Assembly: GCA_045837725.1 (NCBI GenBank)
Contig: JBEWZL010000219.1
Span: 124,001 to 188,000, forward strand
Direction: 5' to 3'
Length of the DNA: 64,000 nt
Origin: Vermamoeba vermiformis
Taxonomy: Eukaryota
Part shown: positions 52,958 to 64,000 of the stretch, in pieces
Numbering within the stretch: the stretch's first letter is position 1
Layout: each line of letters opens with the position of its first letter
The notes under the pieces: model-generated
What the model saw: the letters and a program-made list of their open reading frames with translations, nothing else
Told to the model about the DNA's origin: nothing
The model's database searches: none
Made by a program: the position numbers and the translations under genes

Positions 52958-55900
52958 ATGAGTGACAGGCCAACAGACACTCGATCGAGCTTGGAAATCA
53001 GCAGACCCAAGCTCAATCGAATTCCCAGCAATTCAGATCTGAAGTCACATCGACACTCTATGACCTTCCACGTTATTTCAGACGATGAAAAGAAAGGTAT
53101 TTCCATGCGACACGATCTGGCAAAATCTTCTCGGGTTAATAAATAATTAATTAGGTATCGTGCAGTTTATCAACGAAGTAGTGCCTGATGCGAATATCGA
53201 CCCGAGTGGCGATGCACTGTTCGAGCGCGTCAAGGACGGTATCTTGCTGAAGTAAGTTTGTGAGTGCGATTATGGCAACTTACTGACGCTACGTTACTAT
53301 TTGCTAGCCGTATATTATTCTCGATTGCACCTTCCTCGTACCCTGCAGGCGCTGCAAGTTTTAAAAAGTCGTTTTCGAACTTGGCGAGCAAGGCTGAATT
53401 TGAAAAGAAAGAGAATTACAATGTAATAGTGGTGTCGCTTAAATCGTGCTGTACAGTTAACTCACCAGCTATATTTAGACCTTTTTGGAGGCTGCTAAGC
53501 GATTCGGTGTCAATCTTGTCAATATCGGAGCTGAAGATCTGTTGTCAGGCACTGTAAGTTCAATCGCGTGCTTAAGCGACGCTATTTAACGACAATACTA
53601 GGACTACCTCGTATCAGGAGTGCTATGGCAAATGGTTAAGGTACAGTACTTAGTTAGCTGACATTCTCAACTAACCACATCCCCCCAGACGGGTCTGTTG
53701 CGCAAGGTCCAAGAGCTGGCACACACCAATCGCGTGCAAGCTGAAGAACTGCTCGTCAAGTGGGTCAATCTCAATCTGCAAGAGGCACTCGCCAACAAGT
53801 CTATCAACAATCTGGGCTCAGATCTCTCAGTACGTGCACGACACTGCCGACATCAATACTGACTGTACTGACTATACATGTGCATAGGACAGTGTGGCAC
53901 TCACACATCTGCTGCATCAATTAGCCCCCGAGGTGTGTGACCTCGCACCACTCAACATTGCAGATCTGCTTGAACGTGCTGAAGCAATGCTCGCCAATGC
54001 CGACAAGATTGGCTGCCGTCGCTTTGTGTCGCGCGAAGACATTGCCAAGGGCAATCAGCAGCTCATCGTTGCTTTCATGGCCACGCTGTTCTCCAAGTAC
54101 CCGCGCGACATGGCCAATGCGACACCGACAGCCTCCCCGCTGCAGTCCGTGCCCTCATCACCGCGCAATGTCACACCTGTGTCCATCACTACACTGCCAG
54201 TACGTATTGCTCACACGCGCTGTACACTCTACTAACTGTGCGCAGTCACCGCGCAAAGATACCCCAGACAACGAAGTCAAAGCGCTGCGTGAGCGAGTAG
54301 CTGCATTGGAAGGCGAGTCGAACGAGAAGAGCGAACAGTTGAGTGCCGCACAACTGCGCATCAAACAGCTTGAAGAGAGTGCTGCACAGTCCACTGGGGC
54401 TGAAGAGATCAAACAGCTGCAGACTCAACTCGAGCAATTAAAGTCCGAGAACGGTGCTAAGAACGATCAGCTGCGTGACGTGGATGCGCAATTGACAGGT
54501 GTCAAAACTGAACTCGAAACAGTCAAGTCTGCGCGCGATGGACTGCAAAGTGAAGTGCAAAGTGCGCAGAACAGAGCTGCAGCGCTCGAACACGAGAAGA
54601 GCGAGCTGACCAATCAGCTCTCAGCCCTGCAACAGCGCGCAGAGAAATTGAGCAGCGTGGAACAAGAGCTCGCTGCACTCAAGGACACTGTGGTAGGACT
54701 GCAACAAGAGAACTCGCAGCTCAAAGCACAACACGCGAGTGCGAGTGAAGAGCAAGACAAACTGCAGCAAGTGAGTGCTGAGAATGCACAGCTGAAAGAG
54801 TCGAGCGACAAGCTGAAAGAAGAGCTCGCGGCATTGAGTGCACAGCTCGAGAGTGCGCGCAGTGAAGTAAAGAGCAAAGACGAGGCACTGCAAGAGAAGA
54901 GCGAGGCACTGAGTGAGAAAGAGCGGGCTTTGGAAGAGAAGAACAAAGCTCTGGAAGAGGTGACTCGCGACTTGGCCACGCAGAAGAGTGCACTCGAAGA
55001 GAAAGAGAAGCGCATGCAAGAACAGAACGAGACACTGGCGAACAAAGAGCGCGAAGTGGACGAGAAGAACCGTGCCCTGGCAGAGCGCGAGCGTGAATTG
55101 AATGAACAGAACGAGACTGTCACCGCACTCAACGCACAACTCGCTGACAAGACCAAGGCCTTGGAAGAGCAAGCGAGCAGTGCCCACCAAGCAGCTGATG
55201 CGCGTGTGCAGGAGTTAACTGAGAAAGTGGGTGCACTAGTAGGCACAACTGAACGACAAGACACAAGCCGTAGAACAGAGTGCCGTGCAATTCAACGACA
55301 AGGTGAAAGAGTTGGACACGCAGATCTCAGCGAAGACCACTCAGATTGAAGAGTTGACACATCAACTGAACGAGAAGAACAGTGCTGTTGAAGACCTCAC
55401 GCGTCAAGTCAAAGAAAAGAGCGAGCACGCTGATGACCTCACGCGTCAACTGAACGAGAAGAGTGCTGCACTGAGCGACAAAGAAAAAGAGTTGCAGTCT
55501 GTGCAAGCTGCGCTCACTGAGGCCGAACACCGCGCCAAAGATGCTGCATCCAACAACGATGCAGTCGCTGCTCTTCAGCGCGAACTCGATGAGAAAAAGA
55601 CTGCATTGGAAACACGTGACAAAGAGCTGCAAGAAGCGAATGCACGAGTGTCCACCCTGACTGCAGAACTCGAGTCGAGTCAAGGGCCTGCAAGAAGAGT
55701 TGACTGAAGCAACAGCGGCGATGGAAGAGAAGGACAAAGAGCTGCAAGAGAAAGAAGAAGAGCTCGATGCCGTGCAGGCTGAGAATGACAAGAAACGTGA
55801 GGAATTAGCGCAGTTACAGGCCAAATTCGAACAACTGAGCGAGTCTCACAATGTCTTGACTCAAACCTCCACCGAGAACTACGACAACATCAAACAGCTG

Positions 55901-58196
55901 AAGGCACAGCACGAGACCCTGAGCAGTCAGATCAGCACACTCGAACAAGCACGCAGTCAGTGGGAGAGTGACAAACAGCGACTGGAAGACGAGTTGAAGG
56001 CCGCAAAAGAGCAGAGCGGCAACTCCACCCAGCTCGAGGAGTCTATTCGCACCTTGGAAAGCGACAAACAAAATCTGCGAACTGAGCTGCAACAAGCACG
56101 TGATATCGCAAGTGCACATGAACAAGAGATCTCCACACTCAAAACAGAGTTGCAAGAGATTGTACAGCGCGAGACTGACAAGTGCAGCAAGAACATCGAT
56201 GAAATTAAGCACGCCAATGAAGCACAAGTGAACACACTGCAGTCAGAGCTGAACACTGCACGCGATGAAATCAGTGCACTGAAACAACAAGTTGAAACTG
56301 TGAAACAATCGGCCATCAAGGAGCGCGAAGAGGCCGTGCAACACGCCACTGAAAAGAGCACCGAACTTCAACAAGAGTTGGAGGCATTGCGTGGTGACAA
56401 GCGCCGCTACGAAGAAAAGATCAGTGAGCTCGAATCCCTCGTGCAAGACTTCAAGACTAACGACAAGAGTGGTGTCGCCGAGAAAATTGAACAAGAATTG
56501 CATCAAGAGCGAAGTGACAAGGCCAAGCTCAAAGAAGAACTTGAGAGAGCGTTGGAACGTATTAAAGAGACAGAAAGCCTGGCTGAAAGTCGCGAAAAAG
56601 AAGTGCAAGAAAAGCGCAAAGAAATTGAAGAACAAGAAGAAAAACAAACTGCAACGCGCAACAAGTACGAAGAGACCATCCAAGCGGTAACAAAAGAACT
56701 CGAACAGTTGAAGAATGCGCAATCAGCTCTTGAGGCTCGCGAACTGCAGGCGAACAAGCAAGTTGAAGAATTGCAAATGCAACTTGACAACGCAAACAAG
56801 AAGAATCAAGAGGAAATCACGCGCCTGCAAGAGGAGTTGAAGAGCAAAGAAGAGCAGCTGAAAGCACTCGGCGATAAAGAAGGTGCTGCCACGCCAGTCA
56901 TCGAACAACTGCACCACGATTTAGCTGCTGCTCGTGCGACCATTGATCAGCTCAACAAAGATCATGCAAGGGCTGACCAACTCGCTCAAGAGATTAGCGA
57001 ACTCAAAGCCAATTGCACTGGCTGCGAGGACAAGTTAAGCGCAATCACACAAGAACGCGACATGTTGAAGAACACAACTAGTGAGTTAGAAGCCAAACAC
57101 AGCAGTGCGACAGAACAGCTCGAGCAACACAAACTACAATTAGAACAGCTCAGAGCTGAAGTAGCGCAGTTGAAGGCTGATCAGAACTCTGGCGAGACGA
57201 AGCTGGAAGAAGAGCATGAAAAACTCAAAACCGATCTCACAGCACAGTTGGCTCGTGTTAACGAGTTGAGTGCGTCACTCGAAACCGAACAAAAGACTCG
57301 CGCAGAGCTAGAAAAAGAAAAGCAAACCTTGACAGAGCAACTGCAACAAGAGAGAAGCAAAGCGAGTGAACTAGAACATAACTCAAGCAGTGCTAACAAG
57401 GCATTGCAAGAGAAGTACGATCAGTTGGTGCAATCAAACAGCGCAGTGCAAGATACCATCAGTGATTTGAAGGCGAAGATCCAAGAAAAAGATGATGAAA
57501 TGAAGCGACTAACGTTGAGCAAAGATGATTACAAAAAACGAATTGACAGCTTGACAGCTATGATTGACAAACATCGGTTAGAGAGTGATCAACTCAAATC
57601 CGATCTTGACGAATTGAAGAAAACATCCTCTTCGACTGCCAACAAAGAAAAGAAAGAGCTGAGCATGGCTAAAGATGAGTTAGAGAGCAAGAAGAACGAG
57701 CTGAAAGAGAGCAAGAACAAACTCAAAGAACAGACCGCACGCATCGAGGAACTCGACCTTAAATTGCAAGAGGTTCAAAAACAACTCGATGCCGAGTCAG
57801 ATCAACACGCTAAACTCGTCAAACAGCTCGAGAGTGATAAGCAGAGCTTGAGCTCGACAGTCAAAGATTTGAAAGAAGAGACTTCATCGCTGCAAAATAA
57901 GCTCAAGCTATTAGAAGACGTTGCAGCAAGTGCTCCTAAAACGCCTGTCAAAGCCGCTAGTGAGGCCAATAAGAAGTCACCGTTTAGTGTATGGCTCAAC
58001 TTCGATCCGCTAATGTTCTCTGAATAATCATTAATTGATCTTCAGACTACTTCAATCATCACCATATCGGCATTGCTATTAGCATTGGCCTTCGCCTTGG
58101 CGTGGCGCCGCGAGTCAGGTAAGACTATTTTTATTCAATTACTTTGTACGAACGTTCTAACAGATTGACGCAGAGGTCATCCTCAAAACTACTTAA
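52958..58196 (+). CDS. Fimbrin/plastin-type actin-binding domain (2 CH) + ~1250-aa coiled coil + C-terminal transmembrane tail anchor
   Basis: CH1 'SDDEKKGIVQFINE...LFERVKDGILL', 'AKRFGVNLVNIGAEDLLSG...GVLWQMVK'. CH2 'EELLVKWVN', 'RAEAMLANADKIGCRRFV...GNQQLIVAFMATLFSKYP'. Heptad-rich E/K/Q/L region. Terminal exons 58046-58118 and 58174-58196 encode TTSIITISALLLALAFALAWRRESEVILKTT*. One apparent frameshift at about 55678. Confidence 0.8.
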
Positions 58197-58345
58197 TGTG
58201 AATAAGCAAGTGCACCTGTAGTATAATTTTAGACTCGTTATGAAGTCAAATAAAATGTCTTACTTGTAAAATCAATCCCTCGATGAAGTTCATTTTTGAA
58301 ATGAAACTGTTTTTTGCGCGCAATTTATTTCATTTACGGATCCAA

Positions 58346-59915
58346 ATGACACAACCACCACCCAAGCCTGTTATTTCTTTTGTGCATCCTGAAGCAGCAA
58401 ACTTGCACAAGGCTTTTTCGGCCGGAAGTCTGCTTGAGGTCGACAAGAGCGAAGAGGAGGTATCCGACTCAGAATTGAACGATCTATTCAGTAGCAAACC
58501 AAAACGCAAAAAACGAGGACCGCCCGCGAGAAAAGAATTGAAAAGCAGTAAAAAGATAAAACTCGATGACGCAATAAAGAGCGACGATAGCACATCCGAG
58601 AAATTAACTTCCAAAAAAGAAGATAAAACAAATCCATTGCGAAAAAGTGGAGACAAAAAAAGTGGCTATATTGCAAAGGCAATCAAAAAGCCGGAAGAGT
58701 TGTTAATAATTTCAGATTCGGATTCAGAGGACAATGTACCCGATGTAAATCAAATATTAGACGAGAATAGCAACAGCAGAAGTACAGAGCAACCTGCAGT
58801 AAGAAACAAAATTAAAGTGAAGCCAGTTTATGTCGATGAAAATACTTTGCGGCAAGATCCAAGCATTGCTTCGAGTTTTAATGCACTAAAGTACGTACTA
58901 AAATTAAATCAATGAATTATAAGCGTTATTGAATATTAACAATTAGTAGATCCACCCGGATCTTTCGATCCACCGAAACTAACAGTTTATTTTAGTACAC
59001 TGCGGGCGCTTAAAAGCAAAAGTCAACAATTGGCTACATCGACACCAGAGTTAGACACCAATTTTGATATGACTTCGAATTACAGCCGCGGCAATGACGT
59101 CAATCCGCGCGATATCCTGCTACTCATCAAATCAACCATTCCTGACACTGAAGCTCGTGGTCTGCTGAAAGTGCGCTATTTAAGAGTACGTGTCTGCTTG
59201 CTAGTACAAACGTCATATTAATTTAACATTAGGACGATAATTTCCGCAAGCTGACGGAGGTGCTGAGCAAAGTCTTCAGCATTGATCAGTACATGATCGT
59301 CGTGAAATTTGATGGCATTGCATTGAATATCAACGATACACCGCGCAAGTACGGCATGGAAGACAATGACGTGCTCGTTGCGTCACTGATGGACCAAAAG
59401 CCAATCAAAACTAGCCGCGAACTGACCAAATCAAAGAGTGGCTTGGCGAGCTCTTCCAAGACAGTGATGCCGAGTCTCGAGTTCAAAGAGAGCTTTGATG
59501 ATTTCGACGAAGATGCATTTGACTTGAATGGCAGCATAGACGAGAAGATGAAAGCGGTGGAAGCACAAATTGAAAAAGAGATCGAAGCCAAGTTCAATGC
59601 AACACAACAAGACGATGAGGCGAGTGCACACGAAGACAAGATTATGCTCAAAGTAGTGCTGCCTGCTGGACGTGAGCCCATGCAGTTTAGACTCGCCAAG
59701 GTAAGTGTCAAAGGACAACACGGCTGAGGTTAACGTTTGTTAAATAGGACGCACCACTGTCTAAAATTATTGCTGCAGTCAGCAAGAGCTTGAAAGTGCC
59801 CGAGAATAAAGTGAAATTGAGTTTTGATGGTCAAGTGCTGAACCCTGCTAGCACACCACTGGATCACGACATGGAAGACGAGGACATGTTAGATGCAGTA
59901 ATTAAGAAGAATTAA
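58346..59915 (+). CDS. Rad60/Esc2/NIP45 (RENi)-like protein with two SUMO-like domains
   Basis: Low-complexity charged N-terminus with NLS-like 'KPKRKKR' and SIM-like 'LLIISDSDSED'. Two C-terminal domains ending 'VKFDGIALNINDTPRKYGMEDNDVL' and 'LSFDGQVLNPASTPLDHDMEDEDMLD' (SUMO-like FDG..TP..MED.D signature), with no terminal GG. Confidence 0.75.
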
Positions 59916-60242
59916 TCTTTACAATAAGGATTATGTTGTTGATGTACATAGCGAAAGAATACTTGTAAAATAAACAGAACGTTCTCCCCGAAGCGAATCC
60001 AACCAAAAGACTAACCAGTGGCAACTGTCGAAACTGCACGTTGTTGATCCTCGGGATGGTATGGTTAGATTTCAACCAGATACAAACGGCCATTCCTCAA
60101 AAATTGCGAAAAACTCCATTTTTTGCTTGCGTGTTGATTTATCCAGCTTGTAAATAGAGAAGAGCACACCTCACGCATATTGTACCATATCTTCATTGTC
60201 CATATTTTTGTATATAATTTCCTATAGATATAGTGCTCATAA

Positions 60243-63200
60243 ATGTCAAAAAGACCAATTCTGATCGGGAATCAGTACTACCTCGACTGGTCCATCCGTC
60301 TTGGTGCTGGTTCTTTTGCTACCGTATATCGTGGAGTAGATAAGAATAACAATACACCAGTCGCTATTAAGGTTATTGACCTTAGCAAAGCCTCACAAAG
60401 AGAAAGAAGTTACTTGCAGCGTGAGATCAACACGATGAAAAAGCTTAATCACCCAAACTTGGTTCGTTTGCACCATGTATCGGTATGTAATAATACTGTA
60501 ATATATGCAGTTATACTACGTTAATAGAAGACGGTCAATTTCGTATTCTTTATTTATTTTTTAGAGATCTTCTGACCAAAAATTATAATTATTAGGAAGA
60601 CCCTTCGCAAATGTATTTCGTGATGGAATATTGTGGCGGAGGTGAATTAAGAGCATTCATTACAAAGCATGGCCGCCTTTCTGAAGCCATAGCTCGTCAT
60701 TTCCTTTGTCAGATTGGTAAGTTTTCCTTGGATTCAACTTGCGTATTTGCGTATTTTCTCTTATTCCTTGCCTTGCTCTAAATGCTGATACCTTGTAATT
60801 GCTAATTTTCCAAACGATTTATCCCTTTCTCCACATTTTCTTTTCTCTGATTCGTATTTTTCTGATCTCAGCTGCTGGCCTTCGTCACCTTCATGAAAAG
60901 AAGATTGTTCACAGAGATCTCAAACCTCACAATATTCTTTTGTCTGAGGACTCTGACGATGCAGAAGTCAAGATTGCGGACTTTGGTTTTGCAAGAGAGA
61001 TCGATCCGTCCCAAATGATGGATTCGTACCTCGGTAGTCCACTTTACATGGTATGTTGTATTATTGCAAAGATTAGCCACAAAAATCTCATTAATAACTT
61101 GTTGTCAGGCCCCTGAAATTCTTTTGAAGAAACGCTACTCCAACAAGACCGACTTGTGGAGCATTGGTGTCATCTTTTACGAGATGTTGACTGGCAAGCC
61201 GATCTTTTATGACGAAGTGAAGACCAAAGAAGAATTGATTGCTAAGGTTACGGGAAGCGATATTTACTATCCTCCCTACATTTCTCAAGTAAGATCAATT
61301 CATTATGACTATCTATCGTGGCCGCTGACCTGACTCTGTTCAATTAGGGAGCTGTCAAATTGCTGAAAGGATTGCTCACTCGCGACTCCCACACGCGCTT
61401 GACCTGGGACGGATTCTTCGACCACGAGTACTTGAGACCTCAACCCACACTGCTCGTTCCTCTCAAGGCAGCGCTCTCAAGCTCATTGCGCGCAGAGGCT
61501 CCCGTTGTGCCCGTAGCTCCTACTGTCATCGCGCCACAACAACCACGAGCTCAACAGCCGCAGCCTCAGCAACCTGTCTCGCCAGTTGCTCCTCAAACAC
61601 GTTTGGCTCCTCCGCAGCCACAAAACGAAGCGTTAGTTGGCAGTACGACGTGGATGCAACCGATTCTATTCTTCTACCCTCACGGCCAAGAAATTGTACT
61701 TTATATCTACCCGGACAAACTGTAAGTGAAGTAGTATATTTGCTGTGCCTTACTAACCTTATTTTAAGTGTTGGTGAACTGAAGAACGACTTGTCTCGCA
61801 TTTTGTCGATTAACCGCGAAGAGCTTATTCTATTGAAGAACAGCGGCAAAGAATTGCAAGACTACTTACCAATCAAGGAGTACAAGTTCGACCAAAAGCG
61901 CAAGCCGATGTACCTCATCCTAAAGTCAATGCTCGAGCCAATCCCTCATCCAATCGAACAATACAAGTTCGACATTGACCAAGTTGACGAGCCTAACTAC
62001 ACCAATTCTAACAACTTGATTACTCACGCTCTCAATCCAATGGAGAAATTGAAGGCCACCATGGGTCTCTATGACCAAAAGTTGCAGTTCTTGAAGGTTC
62101 TCTATCAATCGACTAAGCAACGCGCCTTGCAGATTAATAACTGCCGCAAGCAACAAGACATTCAAAGCAAGATCTACAAGGTGATCCGTACTTTTGGTAT
62201 TCTGCAGTCAGGCATCTTATCTGAAGTCGCACAACCCATCGATAAGTTCTTTGCCGAAGAGGAACCAGAGGTGAAAAAGACCCTGTCTATGGTAGCTGAA
62301 GTCAAAAAGAAGCTCAGTGCGATCACACTCGACCCTGCGATGACAAAGAACCACCCCGAATGGAGAACTTTGTTGGACGTGATTGGTGAAGCGCATTTCA
62401 ACAACTTGGTCTCTCAATGCAATCAAATGTACGACACGGCCAAAGCTCGCTTGAAAATTTTGACTCGCGTCAAAGAGTTGTCCGACAAAGTCGAAGAAAT
62501 CATGCGAGCGCGATTGGACGGCAACTCTGTACGTGTTATCATCCAAGCCAAAGAAGGCAGTTTGACTTCTGCATTAGAAGTCAGAGAGAACTTGCGCAGC
62601 ATGACTCAAGTGTTTAAAGAGCTTGTGGACAAGTATCGCAAGAGTCAGCTCAACCTCGACGATCCATCCGTTCAACAAAAGCTGCAGAAGATTGACGAAG
62701 TGTACCAACAATCCTTGAAGAAGTTCAATGAGGTCAACAACAGCATGGCTCCTTGCGCTCTGGCCAAGTTGAATGACGCTCAATCGATGTCAGATGTCAT
62801 TGCCAAGTTGGGCGGTGCGTTGAAGGAGATTCGCGATTTGACAAATGAAATTCGGGCTACGCAAGATCTTTTGGTTGGTTTGGACGTTCAATTGCGACAA
62901 GTGCAGGAGTACCAATCTCTGCCCGACCGATTCTTAGAATTCTCTTCGGAAGCTGCTCGCAGAAAAGCTTTTGCAACCAAATGGGCTGAACAGACTAACA
63001 ACATCTCTACGCAATTGAGCAAGGCTTTGGAGAATGAAACCGTCAAGCGCAAGGGTTTCAGACAATCTCACGCTCACATGAGCCCCACATTTATGGCAGT
63101 ACTCGCGAACTTGCTGCCGCCACTCGCTGACAATCAAACTGACGACTTGGCGAATTTGAATGTGGCTTGGCCTGTTTTTGATGCAGATCTGCCTTTGATT

Positions 63201-63707
63201 GCTGACTCGCGTGAAGGATTTGACGATGAGTTTTCCATCATTGTGGACACGTCAGACGTGACAAAGAAAGTCACTGACTTGGAACGAGAGAACACCAAGC
63301 TGATTGGAGACTTGAAGCGCATCACAGAAGAGCTTATGCGTCGCGAGTTCCCTTCCGAAGTTGTGCCCAACAACAATGCACGTGATGCCTTGAAAAGAGT
63401 GAATGAACTCGAAGAGCAATTGAAACGAACTCAAACTAGCTTTGAAGTCCTTGGCCAAGAAATGGAATTGGCGAGAATGCAAGTGCGCGACTTGAACAAC
63501 GAAAAAGCATTCAAGGACAGACAATTGCAAGACCTGTTGACTGAGCGCCGAACTTTGTTAGACCAAGTAGCAAGAGTGGTTGGACCAAACCAAAGCGACT
63601 TGATTGAGCAGCTATTGGTGGAGCAGATGCGCGCTCAAAAAGAAAAAGAAGATCTGGAAAATCGAGTGAAGCTCCTCCAAGCTCAGCTGGCGAATGTTCG
63701 CTTGTAA
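60243..63707 (+). CDS. Atg1/ULK-like Ser/Thr kinase fused to a FIP200/Atg11-like N-terminal region (ULD + Atg17-like helical scaffold) and coiled coil, about 1010 aa
   Basis: Exons 60243-60482, 60596-60716, 60872-61050, 61109-61288, 61348-61721 and 61769-63707 total 3033 nt. Kinase: 'LGAGSFATVYRG', 'VAIK', 'MEYCGGGEL', 'HRDLKPHNILL', 'KIADFGFAR', 'GSPLYMAPE', 'DLWSIG', 'RLTWDGFFDHEYL'. The C-terminal part has 'EAARRKAF...E..KRKGF...FDADLPLI'. Confidence 0.8.
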
Positions 63708-64000
63708 ATAACACTGCTGAACAGAATCTATCCCTTTGTACCATACGTTGTTTCCTTTTGCTTTTTTTTGTTTGAAGTAAATTTACTGTAGTATTTGTTT
63801 ATACTTGCATGAGGAGCCTTTCTTATCGCCACCACTACTGGTCTATAGAATGATACGTACTTGTGTGTCTTTTTTAGATTTTGTTTTTTTTCAGAGAAAG
63901 AAAACAGCGGCCAAAAATAAATTTGATAAAACTTTTTTTTTCCTTTGTTGCTTTTTTTATGTTCCACCTCACCTTACCGCTTCAAACACCACACGGGCAC

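Noticed and set aside
55228-55278. Frame change between ORFs 53937 and 55285
   Set aside because: Explained by a canonical intron (GTGGGT...GAACAG).
54280-57930. Myosin/SMC/kinesin assignment for the long coiled coil
   Set aside because: No motor or ATPase motifs; the N-terminus is a CH-CH actin-binding domain.
1-64000. Alternative genetic code or Euplotes-type programmed frameshifting
   Set aside because: TAA, TAG and TGA all terminate conserved genes at expected positions, and the frame changes share no slippery or stop-adjacent motif.

Overview
Gene-dense eukaryotic nuclear DNA with short (mostly ~45-60 nt, some 100-220 nt) GT-AG introns, AT-rich 5' gene ends and GC-richer gene bodies. 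The gene set (gamma-secretase APH-1, DNA-PKcs, fimbrin-type actin-binding domain, Rac-like GTPase) suggests a free-living amoebozoan-type protist, which is an inference. I reconstructed about 16 protein-coding genes by hand-splicing: TTC27-like (partial), APH-1, Maf-type pyrophosphatase, YchF/OLA1, an atypical Rho/Rac GTPase, a giant HECTD4-like E3 ligase, mitoferrin, proteasome beta-2, a small fold-type-II PLP enzyme, NAA25, DNA-PKcs, GCN1, a fimbrin-ABD/coiled-coil/tail-anchored protein, a Rad60/Esc2/NIP45-like SUMO-like-domain protein and an Atg1/ULK-like kinase. There is also one ~2 kb repeat-rich non-coding island (24.4-26.6 kb). Highlights: (1) an Atg1/ULK-like kinase fused to a FIP200/Atg11-like N-terminal scaffold; (2) a minimal PLP enzyme of prokaryotic/viral appearance that carries an intron and sits beside nested inverted-repeat elements; (3) a candidate nesprin analogue built from a fimbrin-type actin-binding domain, whose transmembrane tail lies in two exons absent from the ORF track; (4) a Rho GTPase with G12A/Q61S-equivalent substitutions. 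Several apparent frameshifts are most likely assembly indels. All family calls are by motif recognition only; no database search was run.
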